Below, piece after piece: positions 42,723 through 52,291 of a DNA stretch of 64,000 nucleotides. Positions within the stretch are counted from its first letter, which is position 1. Each line of letters begins with the position of its first letter. A program made the translations under genes and the position numbers. The notes below the pieces were generated by a model, which saw nothing but the letters and a program-made list of their open reading frames with translations, ran no database searches and was not told the origin of the DNA. The DNA comes from Microcoleus sp. (GTDB lineage Bacteria > Cyanobacteriota > Cyanobacteriia > Cyanobacteriales > Microcoleaceae), in NCBI GenBank assembly GCA_052279835.1, contig CP181291.1, forward strand, positions 2,784,001 to 2,848,000, in the 5' to 3' direction.

Positions 42723-42986
42723 ATGCAAGTTAGCGATCGGACAATTTCTGTAACTAATTCTAGGCTGAAAACGTTAATTGATGAATTGGGTACTGAGTGT
42801 CAAAATGTGATTACTTTAATCCATCAGCTTCAGTTACCTGATTTGAGCGATCGACAAAAAGCTGAAATTCTAGCAGAGTTCATAAGTGTTGCAATTCATC
42901 TTAACGTTCACTGCGGAGAGGATTTTCAGACGCTTGTTGCTGAGGAAATGGAAAAGTTGTCGGATGTTGACGAAGAAGATTCCTAG
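42723..42986 (+). CDS. Small acidic hypothetical protein (87 aa)
   Basis: Closely coupled to the upstream ORF; acidic C-terminus and HLNVHC motif. Confidence 0.7.
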   Translation: MQVSDRTISVTNSRLKTLIDELGTECQNVITLIHQLQLPDLSDRQKAEILAEFISVAIHLNVHCGEDFQTLVAEEMEKLSDVDEEDS

Positions 42987-43081
42987 CAAACAAACCGGGT
43001 TTTTACCTAATCTGGTGGCTGTAAGGAAGTATTTTCCCAAACAACCCGGTTTCTGAGTCCCCATGCGTCCAAGACTGAATA

Positions 43082-43090
43082 TGCTATATT
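43082..43090 (+). promoter_or_regulatory. Extended -10 promoter (TGcTATATT) for the tRNA-like ncRNA
   Basis: TG-n-TATATT directly before the GCCGGG 5' stem. Confidence 0.45.
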
Positions 43091-43093
43091 GAA

Positions 43094-43354
43094 GCCGGGA
43101 TAGCGAAAAAGTTACAAGCTATAGTTTGGGTTTTATATACCCGACTGGTGCGCCTACCTTTGGTTGGAGCGTATACCGCTAGGTACTTTTAACTATATTG
43201 TTTGATTAGCTCAGTTGGTAGAGCGATCGGCTTTCCGAAGTGTCACAGGTTCGAGTCCTGTATCAGCCCCACAAAGTTAGCTCAATTGGTAGAGCGAATT
43301 GACTAATAATCAATTTGTAACAGGTTCAAATCCTGTACTTTAAAAAACCCTGGC
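43094..43354 (+). ncRNA. tRNA-mimic ncRNA (Y RNA/YrlA-like) with two tandem tRNA-like modules
   Basis: Closing stem GCCGGG/CCTGGC. Modules 43200-43271 and 43271-43343 each have a canonical D arm (TAGCTCA.TTGGTAGAGC) and T arm (ACAGG-TTC.A.T-CCTGT) but defective acceptor or anticodon arms. A further domain is closed by TATAGTT/AACTATA at 43120-43197. Confidence 0.7.
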
Positions 43355-43661
43355 CCTGGGTACGGGCACTTTGTTAAGGACAAAGCAGCTTAATCGTTTG
43401 TGTGAATTACTCTGTAATGCAAGTGTTTGTTAGCAGCCAAGAAGCTAGTGCAACTGTATCTCTCCCTGATTTGAGTGTGTTCCTTCGCGTTGCTTGCATT
43501 TGGTTTTCCTGTGGGGATGCTGGATTGGTTGGGCGATCGGCGTATTTGAGCATTACTATTTTTTTCGAGATTACCGAAAGGTGATTTAGCAGAAGTAGTG
43601 ACAATCTTAATCCAGTCTAGGAGACTCTGAATGCCCGCATCTGAACTGTAAACACTTGCAC

Positions 43662-43698
43662 TTGACAGAGTTTAAAAAAGTATTGTAGTATGTATAAT
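43662..43698 (+). promoter_or_regulatory. Sigma70-type promoter for the slipin gene
   Basis: TTGACA at 43662, TAGTAT after an 18-nt spacer, and TATAAT at 43693. Confidence 0.4.
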
Positions 43699-43784
43699 AC
43701 AAACAAAAGCAAAGCAGGCGATCGATGTTGGGATTAAATCTGCTTCGCTGGTTCCGTTCGCCCAAATTATCTATTAAAATTTCT

Positions 43785-45314
43785 ATGTGGAAAACCTTTT
43801 ATATCCAACCTAACCAAATTGGAATCTTATATCATCGCAGCGACTTTAAGAAATTTTTGCTGCCCGGTACATACACTTATTTCCGTAGCGATTTGAATTT
43901 AAAAAGCTACGATCTAAATCAGCCAGAAGCTAAGATTGACAACTTAGAACTGTTACTAAGAAACCACGGAACCGAATTACAAGAACATCTCTCGATTGTC
44001 AGAACCGCATTCAATCAAACAGCTTTAGTTCGTTTGGGTCAAACTTGGATAAGTGTTTTACCTAATCAATTGCGGGCGTTTTGGCGCGGTTTTATTGAAG
44101 TAGAATCTCATGTTTTTAATTTAGACGAGAGTTGGGAATTGCCTGGTGAGTTTGTGCAAAAAGTGCGATCGCTCACTTTTTTGCAAGGACTGAAAAACTT
44201 CCAAGTTTCTGAGTCTGAACTAGGTTTGCTGTACGTGCAGAATAATTTTGTACGCCCTCTAGAATCAGGAGAATACACTTTTTGGTCTGTGGATCGAAAT
44301 GTGGCAGTTAAAACTCTGGAGCGAAATATTCCTAATCCTGAATTTCCCCAAGCAAATGTCCTAATTGAAAAACATCCCGATTTTGTAGCAGCCTACTGCG
44401 AACTCGTCCAATTACTGGGTCATCAAATTGCGATCGTGCGCGATCGAGGAAAAGTTATTGCTTTTTTGCCACCGACAAGCCGCCAGCTATTTTGGCAAGG
44501 TGTTGACGTGGAAATAATCGACATTAATACTGATGTTAATTTAGACCACCGTTTAATAGCTGAGTTGGTTGCTGGTTCCCCAGAAGCTCTATCAACCTGT
44601 GCCAAGTATTTGCATCTTTGTGAAGTTCCGGCACAGCACGTTGGACTATTGTATATAAACCAAGAGTTTCAATCGCAATTGCCACCAGGAATTCATGCTT
44701 GGTGGAAGTTTGGGCGCTCTTTTCAAACGGAAGTAATTGATTTGCGCTTACAAAATATTGAGGTATCTGGTCAAGATATCTTGTCAAAGGATAAAGTACC
44801 TTTGCGCTTGAATTTGACGGCTGGATACCGCATCCGAGATCCGCTGATGGCAAAAAATGGCTTGTCCGATATTACGGGATTTTTGTACAAGGAATTGCAG
44901 TTTGCTTTGCGCGGTGCGGTGGGGGAACAGACTCTGGATGGGTTGTTGGATAGCAAAGGTGCGATCGATCGCAGTATATCTGAATACATCCGCGCTAAAA
45001 CCACAGATTATGGTATTGAAGTCGATTCTGTTGGTGTCAAAGATATTATTTTACCTGGTGAAATTAAGGCGATTTTGAGCAAGGTTGTGGAAGCGGAAAA
45101 ATTGGCTCAAGCCAATGGAGTTAGGCGCAGGGAGGAGACTGCTGCTACTCGGAGTATGTTGAATACTGCGAAGGTGATGGAGGATAATCCTGTGGCTTTG
45201 CGTTTGAAGGAATTGGAGGTTTTGGAACGGATTGCGGAGAAGATCGACCGGATTCAAGTTAATGGGGGCTTGGATAATATTTTGACGGATTTGATTCGGA
45301 TGAATCGAGAGTGA
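43785..45314 (+). CDS. Slipin-family SPFH/band-7 protein with internally duplicated N-terminal region
   Basis: C-terminal SPFH motifs EVSGQDILSKDKVPLRLN, GVKDIILPGE and RRREETAATRSMLNTAKVMEDNP. Alternative start at 43725. Confidence 0.85.
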   Translation: MWKTFYIQPNQIGILYHRSDFKKFLLPGTYTYFRSDLNLKSYDLNQPEAKIDNLELLLRNHGTELQEHLSIVRTAFNQTALVRLGQTWISVLPNQLRAFWRGFIEVESHVFNLDESWELPGEFVQKVRSLTFLQGLKNFQVSESELGLLYVQNNFVRPLESGEYTFWSVDRNVAVKTLERNIPNPEFPQANVLIEKHPDFVAAYCELVQLLGHQIAIVRDRGKVIAFLPPTSRQLFWQGVDVEIIDINTDVNLDHRLIAELVAGSPEALSTCAKYLHLCEVPAQHVGLLYINQEFQSQLPPGIHAWWKFGRSFQTEVIDLRLQNIEVSGQDILSKDKVPLRLNLTAGYRIRDPLMAKNGLSDITGFLYKELQFALRGAVGEQTLDGLLDSKGAIDRSISEYIRAKTTDYGIEVDSVGVKDIILPGEIKAILSKVVEAEKLAQANGVRRREETAATRSMLNTAKVMEDNPVALRLKELEVLERIAEKIDRIQVNGGLDNILTDLIRMNRE

Positions 45315-45315
45315 T

Positions 45316-45417
45316 ATAGCAATTCTAAATCATTTGTGAATTTCTTACTCCCTCCCCTTAGTAAGGGGAGGGTTGGGGTGGGGTAAAAAATTTACGACTC
45401 CTGCAAGGATTGCTATA
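45316..45417. repeat. Palindromic dispersed repeat
   Basis: TATAGCAAT...ATTGCTATA termini with an internal CCTCCCCTTAGTAAGGGGAGG hairpin. Confidence 0.6.
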
Positions 45418-45425
45418 GCTATTTA

Positions 45426-47108
45426 CTGGAGTTTAGACTAAAAAACGATCGCATCTAAAAGTAGCGGCCGAAAGAAGATCCGGCAAGCTGTTACTCAAAA
45501 GCTCAAGAGAGAGCAGATTAAATAGCTAATCTTGAAGATTTTTTGCGTCGAGAAACCCGTTTTTTGACAGTGGGATAGCACGGTGCCTTAGTACGTACCT
45601 TTCCTGTTTCCCAACCGGGGGATTTTCCCCTCTGTTTTGGTAGTTTGGTAGGAGTACCAATGTCAACTAAAACTGATAACATTGACTGGGCAACACGTCC
45701 AGGAGTTAAATCGATCTTAGCAGATTGCCAAGGCAGTCGATGCTCGAGAACTAAGTCCCTAGCCAGCCAGAGTTGCCAACTCATCAATGGCATTAAATCA
45801 CTCCAACGTTCACATTGTTCAGGAGTTCTCAAGTTAGGCAATGTCCAATGCAATCGTTGCTTAGCAAACCGATACCAATGATCCACCCCAAAACGTCGTA
45901 AATACTTAAACCAAACAGTTTCTAAGGGTAGAGTTCGTTCTCCTACCCAAACCAACCATAAAGGTGGAAATGGCTGACCGTTTGACATGGGCTTCATTCT
46001 TTCGACCAGGATTAAATTGACTTTTTGTCCAGCGGCACGATAGAAATGTAGGTCAAGCCATTGTCTGACTCGGACTTGTCCCAACTGTGGATGTTCGTCA
46101 ATGAAGATCGCAGCATCCGCTTGGAGCCATGTAGTTGGGTCATTCAGCCTCATTTTTGGCCCGTGCTTACGTGGTCTACCGCGACCACTATAGGTTGGTG
46201 GTGCTGACCACAAACAGGCATTCTTTCGGACTCGCATTAAGCAATCAGCTTGAATGTCTGCTTGCGCCAGTACCCAATTTGCATTGCCATATTCTCGATC
46301 TAAAACTGCTAAGACTGGATTGAGGCTTTGTTCGCAAACAAGTTTGAGTTGGGAAGCTGCTTGAAGTATGGGTGAAGACCCACTACTGATTCTTTCATGA
46401 AGTAGGGGTAATGCCCAACTTCCTTGAGCTTCAGGTATCCAGGCAATGGTACTGTACCCCTGTCCAATAATTACACCCCTCTGATATTCATGGGTTCTGT
46501 CTTGTAATGTTTTGGCTTCTGCTCTGGCCCATGCAGTGTGGTCGATCGCGACTAATATATGTTCTGTTGGGGGTACTTGCTGTTCTAATTGCTTTCGGTA
46601 CAACTCCATCAGTTTTTTTCGGTCTGGCCTACTGTCTTGTAATGCTTCGTAAATACTTGGCCATTGACGATTGAATAATGGGCTGAGTGAAAATTCCGCT
46701 AAACATGACGCATTTCTGGTGGTCATCACTGCATCCATCAGCTCGAAAGTGGCATCTTTCGCTCGCACCAATAACTCGTATGCTGCTTGACGAAAGTTCT
46801 TTAATCGTTCACTGTTCATTCAGGGAGTGGATAGGTTTTCTTTTTCACCCTCATTCTCTCCCGGCGCGGTGGCTTTAGCTTTGCTCAAAGCCACCGTTCT
46901 CTCTTTTTTAGTCTCAACTCCCGTCAAGAAATTAGGTCGCTCCTGGCGCGTGTTTCTTCCCTCATCAAGTTTGCGCCCTTAAAGAAAACGTCAACGGTCG
47001 CTGGATTTCTATCTTACGATCGAGCTTCATAACCTGTCGCCAGCGACCGTTGCCGTTTTTGAGTGCGGTGACGATCGCCCTTTAATAGCTGTTTAGTCTA
47101 AACTCCAG
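45426..47108 (-). mobile_element. Complete DDE insertion sequence (IS701/IS4-like), 1683 bp, with 7-bp target duplication
   Basis: 17-bp perfect TIRs CTGGAGTTTAGACTAAA / TTTAGTCTAAACTCCAG; CTATTTA flanks both ends (45419-45425 and 47109-47115). Confidence 0.92.
45518..46819 (-). CDS. DDE transposase
   Basis: VAIDHT, VLDREYG and YLRRFGVDHWYRFAKQRLHW; lies within the TIRs. Confidence 0.9.
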   Translation of the reverse strand: MNSERLKNFRQAAYELLVRAKDATFELMDAVMTTRNASCLAEFSLSPLFNRQWPSIYEALQDSRPDRKKLMELYRKQLEQQVPPTEHILVAIDHTAWARAEAKTLQDRTHEYQRGVIIGQGYSTIAWIPEAQGSWALPLLHERISSGSSPILQAASQLKLVCEQSLNPVLAVLDREYGNANWVLAQADIQADCLMRVRKNACLWSAPPTYSGRGRPRKHGPKMRLNDPTTWLQADAAIFIDEHPQLGQVRVRQWLDLHFYRAAGQKVNLILVERMKPMSNGQPFPPLWLVWVGERTLPLETVWFKYLRRFGVDHWYRFAKQRLHWTLPNLRTPEQCERWSDLMPLMSWQLWLARDLVLEHRLPWQSAKIDLTPGRVAQSMLSVLVDIGTPTKLPKQRGKSPGWETGKVRTKAPCYPTVKKRVSRRKKSSRLAI

Positions 47109-47193
47109 CTATTTAGACTCGGCGATTGAAATCGCGTCTACACAAACGAAGCTATTTAGACTCGGCGATTGAAATCGCGTCTACACAAACGAA
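47108..47193. repeat. Exact 43-bp tandem duplication at the IS right junction
   Basis: GCTATTTAGACTCGGCGATTGAAATCGCGTCTACACAAACGAA occurs twice in tandem. Confidence 0.85.
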
Positions 47194-47294
47194 GTCCGCC
47201 TCCGCGGACTGAAAGAAAGAATAAAGAAATAAATTAACCCGAATTGGTATGATATTCTCGTAAATGCCATACCTGCATAAAATTAGCAATTTAA

Positions 47295-48497
47295 ATGACC
47301 GCAACAGATTCTACTAAGCACCAAAAATCCAAAGCCCTGAAACCGGGTAGTCGCCGCCCTGCGAAAGAACTTTGCAGCGAGTGCGGTTTGTGCGATACAT
47401 ATTATATCCATTATGTCAAGGAATCTTGTGCTTTCTTAACACAGCACATCGCGGAACTGGAAGCAGAGATTCACGGGCGATCGCGCAATCTCGACAATCC
47501 AGACGATTGGTATTTCGGAGTCAGTCAAAACATGATGGCGGCTCGGAAAAAAGAGCCGATAGAAGGGGCTCAGTGGACGGGAATCGTTAGCACAATTGCG
47601 ATCGAAATGCTGGAAAAAGGGATTGTAGAAGGCGTTGTTTGCGTCCAAAACACCAAAGAAGACCGCTTTCAACCGATGCCGATTATTGCGACAACTCGCG
47701 AAGAGATTCTCGCAGCAAAAGTCAACAAACCGACTCTCTCTCCCAACCTTTCAGTATTGGAACAAATCGAAAAATCGGGGATGAAGCGGCTGTTAGTAAT
47801 TGGGGTCGGCTGTCAAATTCAAGCCTTGCGAACAGTCGAGAAAAAACTCGGTTTAGAAAAGCTCTATGTTTTGGGAACTCCCTGCGTCGATAATGTTAGT
47901 CGCGCTGGGTTGCAAAAGTTCCTAGATACCACTAGCCGTTCTCCCGAAACAGTTCTGTCTTACGAGTTTATGCAAGACTTTAATGTTCACTTCAAACACG
48001 AAGATGGTTCGGTGGAAAAAGTGCCGTTTTTTGGATTGAATACTAAGGAATTGAAAGATGTTTTTGCTCCTTCTTGTTTGAGTTGTTTTGATTATGTTAA
48101 TTCCTTGGCAGATTTAGTTGTGGGCTACATGGGCGCACCTTTTGGCTGGCAGTGGATTGTGGTGCGAAATGATACTGGACAAGAGATGTTGGATTTGGTA
48201 ACGGATCAGCTAAATACTCAGCCGGTGATGTCTCAGGGAAACAGAAAAGAGGCTGTGCAGCAAAGCATTCCGGCTTATGAAAAAGGGGTGACTTTGCCGA
48301 TGTGGGCGGCAAAGTTAATGGGGGTTTTTATTGAGAGAATTGGGCCGAAGGGTTTGGAATATGCTCGGTTTTCTATTGATTCTCATTTCACTCGCAATTA
48401 TCTGTACGTGAAGCGGAATTACCCAGATAAATTGGAGGCTCATGTACCGGAATATGCTAAGCGGATTGTGGGTCAGTATAAGTTACCTGACGTTTAG
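47295..48497 (+). CDS. bciB: Ferredoxin-dependent 8-vinyl (divinyl chlorophyllide) reductase, FrhB-like family
   Basis: RPAKELCSECGLCDTYYIHYVK, GAQWTGIV, GVGCQ and SCLSCFDYVN, as in cyanobacterial BciB/CvrA. Confidence 0.85.
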   Translation: MTATDSTKHQKSKALKPGSRRPAKELCSECGLCDTYYIHYVKESCAFLTQHIAELEAEIHGRSRNLDNPDDWYFGVSQNMMAARKKEPIEGAQWTGIVSTIAIEMLEKGIVEGVVCVQNTKEDRFQPMPIIATTREEILAAKVNKPTLSPNLSVLEQIEKSGMKRLLVIGVGCQIQALRTVEKKLGLEKLYVLGTPCVDNVSRAGLQKFLDTTSRSPETVLSYEFMQDFNVHFKHEDGSVEKVPFFGLNTKELKDVFAPSCLSCFDYVNSLADLVVGYMGAPFGWQWIVVRNDTGQEMLDLVTDQLNTQPVMSQGNRKEAVQQSIPAYEKGVTLPMWAAKLMGVFIERIGPKGLEYARFSIDSHFTRNYLYVKRNYPDKLEAHVPEYAKRIVGQYKLPDV

Positions 48498-48570
48498 GTA
48501 AAAGTAGGGTGCGTAGCCTGAAACGATGATGGCGATGTGCCGGGATTCAGTAGCGACGCACCTTACGGAA

Positions 48571-50652
48571 TTAATATGATTTGCTATGAGCCGCCGGCAA
48601 AGACAACTGAGGTGGAATTTTAGGATAGTTTGTTTCGCCGGAAATCACCGCCGGTTCTTGGGAAAGTAAAAACTCACGAATTACCCTAGCCACGACTCTT
48701 TGAGCTAAACCGCCGACTACTTGTTGGCCCATATTCTGCACTTCTGGTTTCACTAACAACTGGGGAAGTAGTTGTAATACTTTCATGCTGTCAAAACCGG
48801 GAGTTGATTGCAAAATATCCCAAATCCGTTTGATGTGTTCTAGATTTTTTTGTTCCGTTTGTGAAACCATTGGTGGATTTTGTTTGACTCCAAACCATTC
48901 GCCGACTACTGATTTAGCATTAGCAAAGGCGTTGTTGGAAACTGTGTCGAGACTTTTGACTAATTCCAGGACTATGCGATCGCGAATAAAGTCTCCTCTT
49001 TGAGAAAATAAATAGTCTAATGCTTGGTTCAGGATTTTGCTGATGTCGTAGTCTTCGCTATCGCGGGCATTGTTGAGTAAGTTTTCTAACCGATTCCAGC
49101 GGAATTCTCCTTGTTTGAATAACAACTCTTGCAGAGATGTTCTCAATTCTGGCGCGGGGTCGCTCAACAGGCGTTTGGCGACGTAGGGATAGGCTTTGCT
49201 GAGGACTTTAAATTCGGGGTCAACGTTGATTGCAATGCCTTCTAAGGTGACGAGCGATCGAATAATCAAAGCATAGTAGGCTGGAACTCGGAAGGGATAT
49301 TCGTACATCACTGCCGATAGTTCGTCTGTAATGCTTTTGAAATTGAGTTCGGCGACGCTAGCACCCAAAGCATTGTTAAACACTCTAGCCAAGGCGGGAA
49401 TAATGGGTGTTAAATCGGTGTCTGGTGTTAAAAAATCTAACTTGACATAATCTTTGGCTAAACCTTCAAAGTCGCGATTCACTAAATGGACTACAGCTTC
49501 TAATAGGCCGTATCTTTGATATGGTTTAACTTCGCTCATCATGCCGAAGTCGAGATAAGCTAACTTACCGTCGGGAGTTGCCAAAAGGTTGCCTGGATGG
49601 GGGTCAGCGTGAAAAAAACCGTGTTCCAGCAGTTGTCTGAGGGAGCATTGCACTCCCACTTCAATTAAGTAAGGAGCGTCGATTCCTTGAGCTTTGACGG
49701 CTTCTAAATTGGTGAGTTTGATGCCGGTGATCCACTCCATTGTCAAGACGCGGCGGCGGGTATATTGCCAGTAGATACTGGGAACGTAAATATCTTTAAG
49801 GTGGCCGTAGAGTTCTCTAAAACGTTCGGCATTTTGTCCTTCGTGGGTGTAGTCCATTTCTTCGTAAATGCGTTCGCCCAATTCGTCCATAATTCCTGCG
49901 AGGTCGCTGCGAATCATTTTGAAGTTGTTTTGTGCCCAGAGTGCGACGCGCCGCAGGATGTAGATGTCTAAACCAATGTTTTCGGCTAAGCCTGGTCGTT
50001 GGACTTTGATCGCGACGGTTTCTCCGGTTTTGAGTTTGCCTTTGTAGACTTGTCCGAGAGATGCTGCGGCGATGGGATCGGGGCTGATTTCTGCGTAGAT
50101 TTCTCTGGGGTGGGCACCCAATTCTTCTTCTATAAATCTATATGCTACTTCGTTGGGAAAGGGTGGTAATTGGTCTTGCAGTGTTGTGAGTTCTTCTAAA
50201 TATGCTGGGGGTACTAAGTCTGGTCTTGTTGAGAGTGCTTGTCCGATTTTGATGAAAGCTGGGCCTAGTTGACTGAGAATTTCTCGTAGTCTGGCGGCGC
50301 GACGCTTTTCGTTGGTGGCGGTGCGGCCTGTTTTGCCGTCGAACCACAAACTGAAGGTAAAGCCGAAAAATGTCCAAATCACACTCAGTAGTCTTCCCCA
50401 GACTTCTAGAGGGCGATTTTTGTATTCGGCTGCGATCGCCACTGGATCGTATCGAACAGCTTCTCCGGCTAACTCGAAAGCTATGTCTCTGGCTGATTTG
50501 AGGACTTCGGAGGTTACGGTGTCTGTCTCTATTGCGACTGGTACTGCTGGCAGGGGAATTGTGTTTGCATCTTTGAGATTGCCGAGTACAGGCTGAGTCG
50601 CAGAATTTGCATAAGTTGGCGGGGAGGCTGGCGATACAGTCTTGACATTCAT
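48571..50652 (-). CDS. ABC1/AarF/UbiB-family atypical kinase (second paralogue)
   Basis: LGPAFIKIGQALSTRPD, AAASLGQVYKG, FHADPHPGN and LDFGMM. Confidence 0.92.
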   Translation of the reverse strand: MNVKTVSPASPPTYANSATQPVLGNLKDANTIPLPAVPVAIETDTVTSEVLKSARDIAFELAGEAVRYDPVAIAAEYKNRPLEVWGRLLSVIWTFFGFTFSLWFDGKTGRTATNEKRRAARLREILSQLGPAFIKIGQALSTRPDLVPPAYLEELTTLQDQLPPFPNEVAYRFIEEELGAHPREIYAEISPDPIAAASLGQVYKGKLKTGETVAIKVQRPGLAENIGLDIYILRRVALWAQNNFKMIRSDLAGIMDELGERIYEEMDYTHEGQNAERFRELYGHLKDIYVPSIYWQYTRRRVLTMEWITGIKLTNLEAVKAQGIDAPYLIEVGVQCSLRQLLEHGFFHADPHPGNLLATPDGKLAYLDFGMMSEVKPYQRYGLLEAVVHLVNRDFEGLAKDYVKLDFLTPDTDLTPIIPALARVFNNALGASVAELNFKSITDELSAVMYEYPFRVPAYYALIIRSLVTLEGIAINVDPEFKVLSKAYPYVAKRLLSDPAPELRTSLQELLFKQGEFRWNRLENLLNNARDSEDYDISKILNQALDYLFSQRGDFIRDRIVLELVKSLDTVSNNAFANAKSVVGEWFGVKQNPPMVSQTEQKNLEHIKRIWDILQSTPGFDSMKVLQLLPQLLVKPEVQNMGQQVVGGLAQRVVARVIREFLLSQEPAVISGETNYPKIPPQLSLPAAHSKSY

Positions 50653-50792
50653 AACTCAGACCTAATGTGAAGCATTGTAAACATATTGTAACAATTTAAG
50701 GATGAAGGAAGACGGAAGAGGGAAAAAGCAGATTTTGGTAATTCTCCCCTTTTTCCTCTCTTCCTCTGGCTCAACTTAAGCCCATCTCTGTG

Positions 50793-51215
50793 CTACTCGT
50801 GGCTTAAGTTGAGGAGTCGATCGCAAATTCCTGACAGTTGCAATTGGGTGCTGACTGGCGATCGAGGTTGAGGTATTTCCGTATTGGGCCAGTGGGCTAA
50901 GTCGTTACAGGGACAGCACTCGGCCGGCATTCCCGAATCCCGCAAGGGTACGGGCATGGCACAACGGGCGCAGGGACTCATTTCCCAAGCAGGTGTCAGT
51001 AGTTCGCCTATGGTTTCCTTTGTGCCTTCGAGATAACAGTCTCCGCTGTCGGGGGAGACTATTTTTTGCCAGCATTCTTCAAATTCTTGACTGTAGCGAT
51101 CGCCGGCAATTACTGGTTTGGGCAGCAGTGCTTCGGAACCGTTGCGAATTAATACTTTTTTGCCTAGCTGAAACCAGTAAGCAATATATTTTCTCACTTC
51201 ATATTCTGATGCCAT
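50793..51215 (-). CDS. Conserved cyanobacterial hypothetical protein with Cys-rich C-terminus
   Basis: YIAYWFQLGK, CYLEGT, CARCAMP and CPCND. Confidence 0.75.
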   Translation of the reverse strand: MASEYEVRKYIAYWFQLGKKVLIRNGSEALLPKPVIAGDRYSQEFEECWQKIVSPDSGDCYLEGTKETIGELLTPAWEMSPCARCAMPVPLRDSGMPAECCPCNDLAHWPNTEIPQPRSPVSTQLQLSGICDRLLNLSHE

Positions 51216-51624
51216 AGCTTTTATTCAACCTTTCAAGCAATTGTTTATTTTAGACTTTCCTGCTTAATTTTTTACCTATTTTATAAACTAGAAAACTTCC
51301 TCCTTAAGGGGGATGTCGGGGGGAGCATCCAGATTTTGCATAGGCGAAGCATGACCGCAGACAATTTATTAGCGATAACCAAAGATTTACAGCGGTCATG
51401 CTTCGCCCCTACGAATATATTTGCCAAACACAGATGCACCCATGTCGGGAAACAAAATATCGATTTTGTTTGGGAATTTAAGTGGTGTGGGTAGCGAGAT
51501 ATTTTTTTAGGGATAATTATCTAATGTAGAGTTTTTTGTGAATGGGGAGAATATACTAAATTGTAACTCATTTTGTGGAGTTTGAAACTTATATTTTCTC
51601 TAAAGTCGATCGCCCGCCGGAGTG

Positions 51625-52188
51625 TTATTTGATAGCTGGAAGCCTTGTACCCAGAGCCGTGAGATTCAAGGCGTAACCTCCGGTGGCGAGATAAACACCA
51701 TCGGCGATCGCCCCGATGTGGCGGACAAGAGTGCCGAGGCGATCGCGAAATAGCCTTCCCGCTGGATAAGCAGGCACTACTCCCCATCCGGTTTCCTCTC
51801 CTACCAAAATTACATCGGCCATGGCGGAGTGCAAACTAGCAAGCAAATCTTGTTGTGTCTGCTCCCAAACAGTGGGTTCTTGTTCCAAAAGATTTGCCGT
51901 CCAAGTTCCGAGGGAATCAATTAACAAGCAATTTGAGCGATCGGTCGATCGTACAACTGGTGACAATTCCTCGATCGCTTCTACAGTTTTCCACTCAGGG
52001 GGACGGCGATTTTTGTGGCGCTCAATGCGATTTTGCCATTCCCTATCTGCCTGGTCAATCTTACCTGTAGCCACATAAATTACTGATTTTCCTGAATCTG
52101 CTGCCATAGTTTCTGCCAATTCACTTTTGCCGGATCGGGCGGGCCCGGTTACTAAGATTATTTGTCTTGAACTACGGATTTTAGTCAT
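51625..52188 (-). CDS. cobU: Adenosylcobinamide kinase/cobinamide-phosphate guanylyltransferase
   Basis: VTGPARSGKS, YVAT, RIERHKNRRP, EETGWGVVP and FRDRLG. Confidence 0.93.
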   Translation of the reverse strand: MTKIRSSRQIILVTGPARSGKSELAETMAADSGKSVIYVATGKIDQADREWQNRIERHKNRRPPEWKTVEAIEELSPVVRSTDRSNCLLIDSLGTWTANLLEQEPTVWEQTQQDLLASLHSAMADVILVGEETGWGVVPAYPAGRLFRDRLGTLVRHIGAIADGVYLATGGYALNLTALGTRLPAIK

Positions 52189-52291
52189 TAGTTAATTGTT
52201 ATGTATGGGTGGTTATTTGTGGGTGGTTATTTGTTAGTCTAATTTACCTTGACCAATTCCCAAGAGTCATTTTTAAGGGATAATAACATTA

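Noticed and set aside
43200..43343. Two canonical tRNA genes (e.g. tRNA-Ile AAT)
   Set aside because: Module 1 has a 4-nt anticodon loop and module 2 has only a 5-bp acceptor stem, so they are treated as tRNA mimics.
43402..43604. Short ORFs between the ncRNA and slipin as a TROVE/HNH remnant
   Set aside because: No recognisable motif in the frames I translated; a tBLASTx search would be needed.
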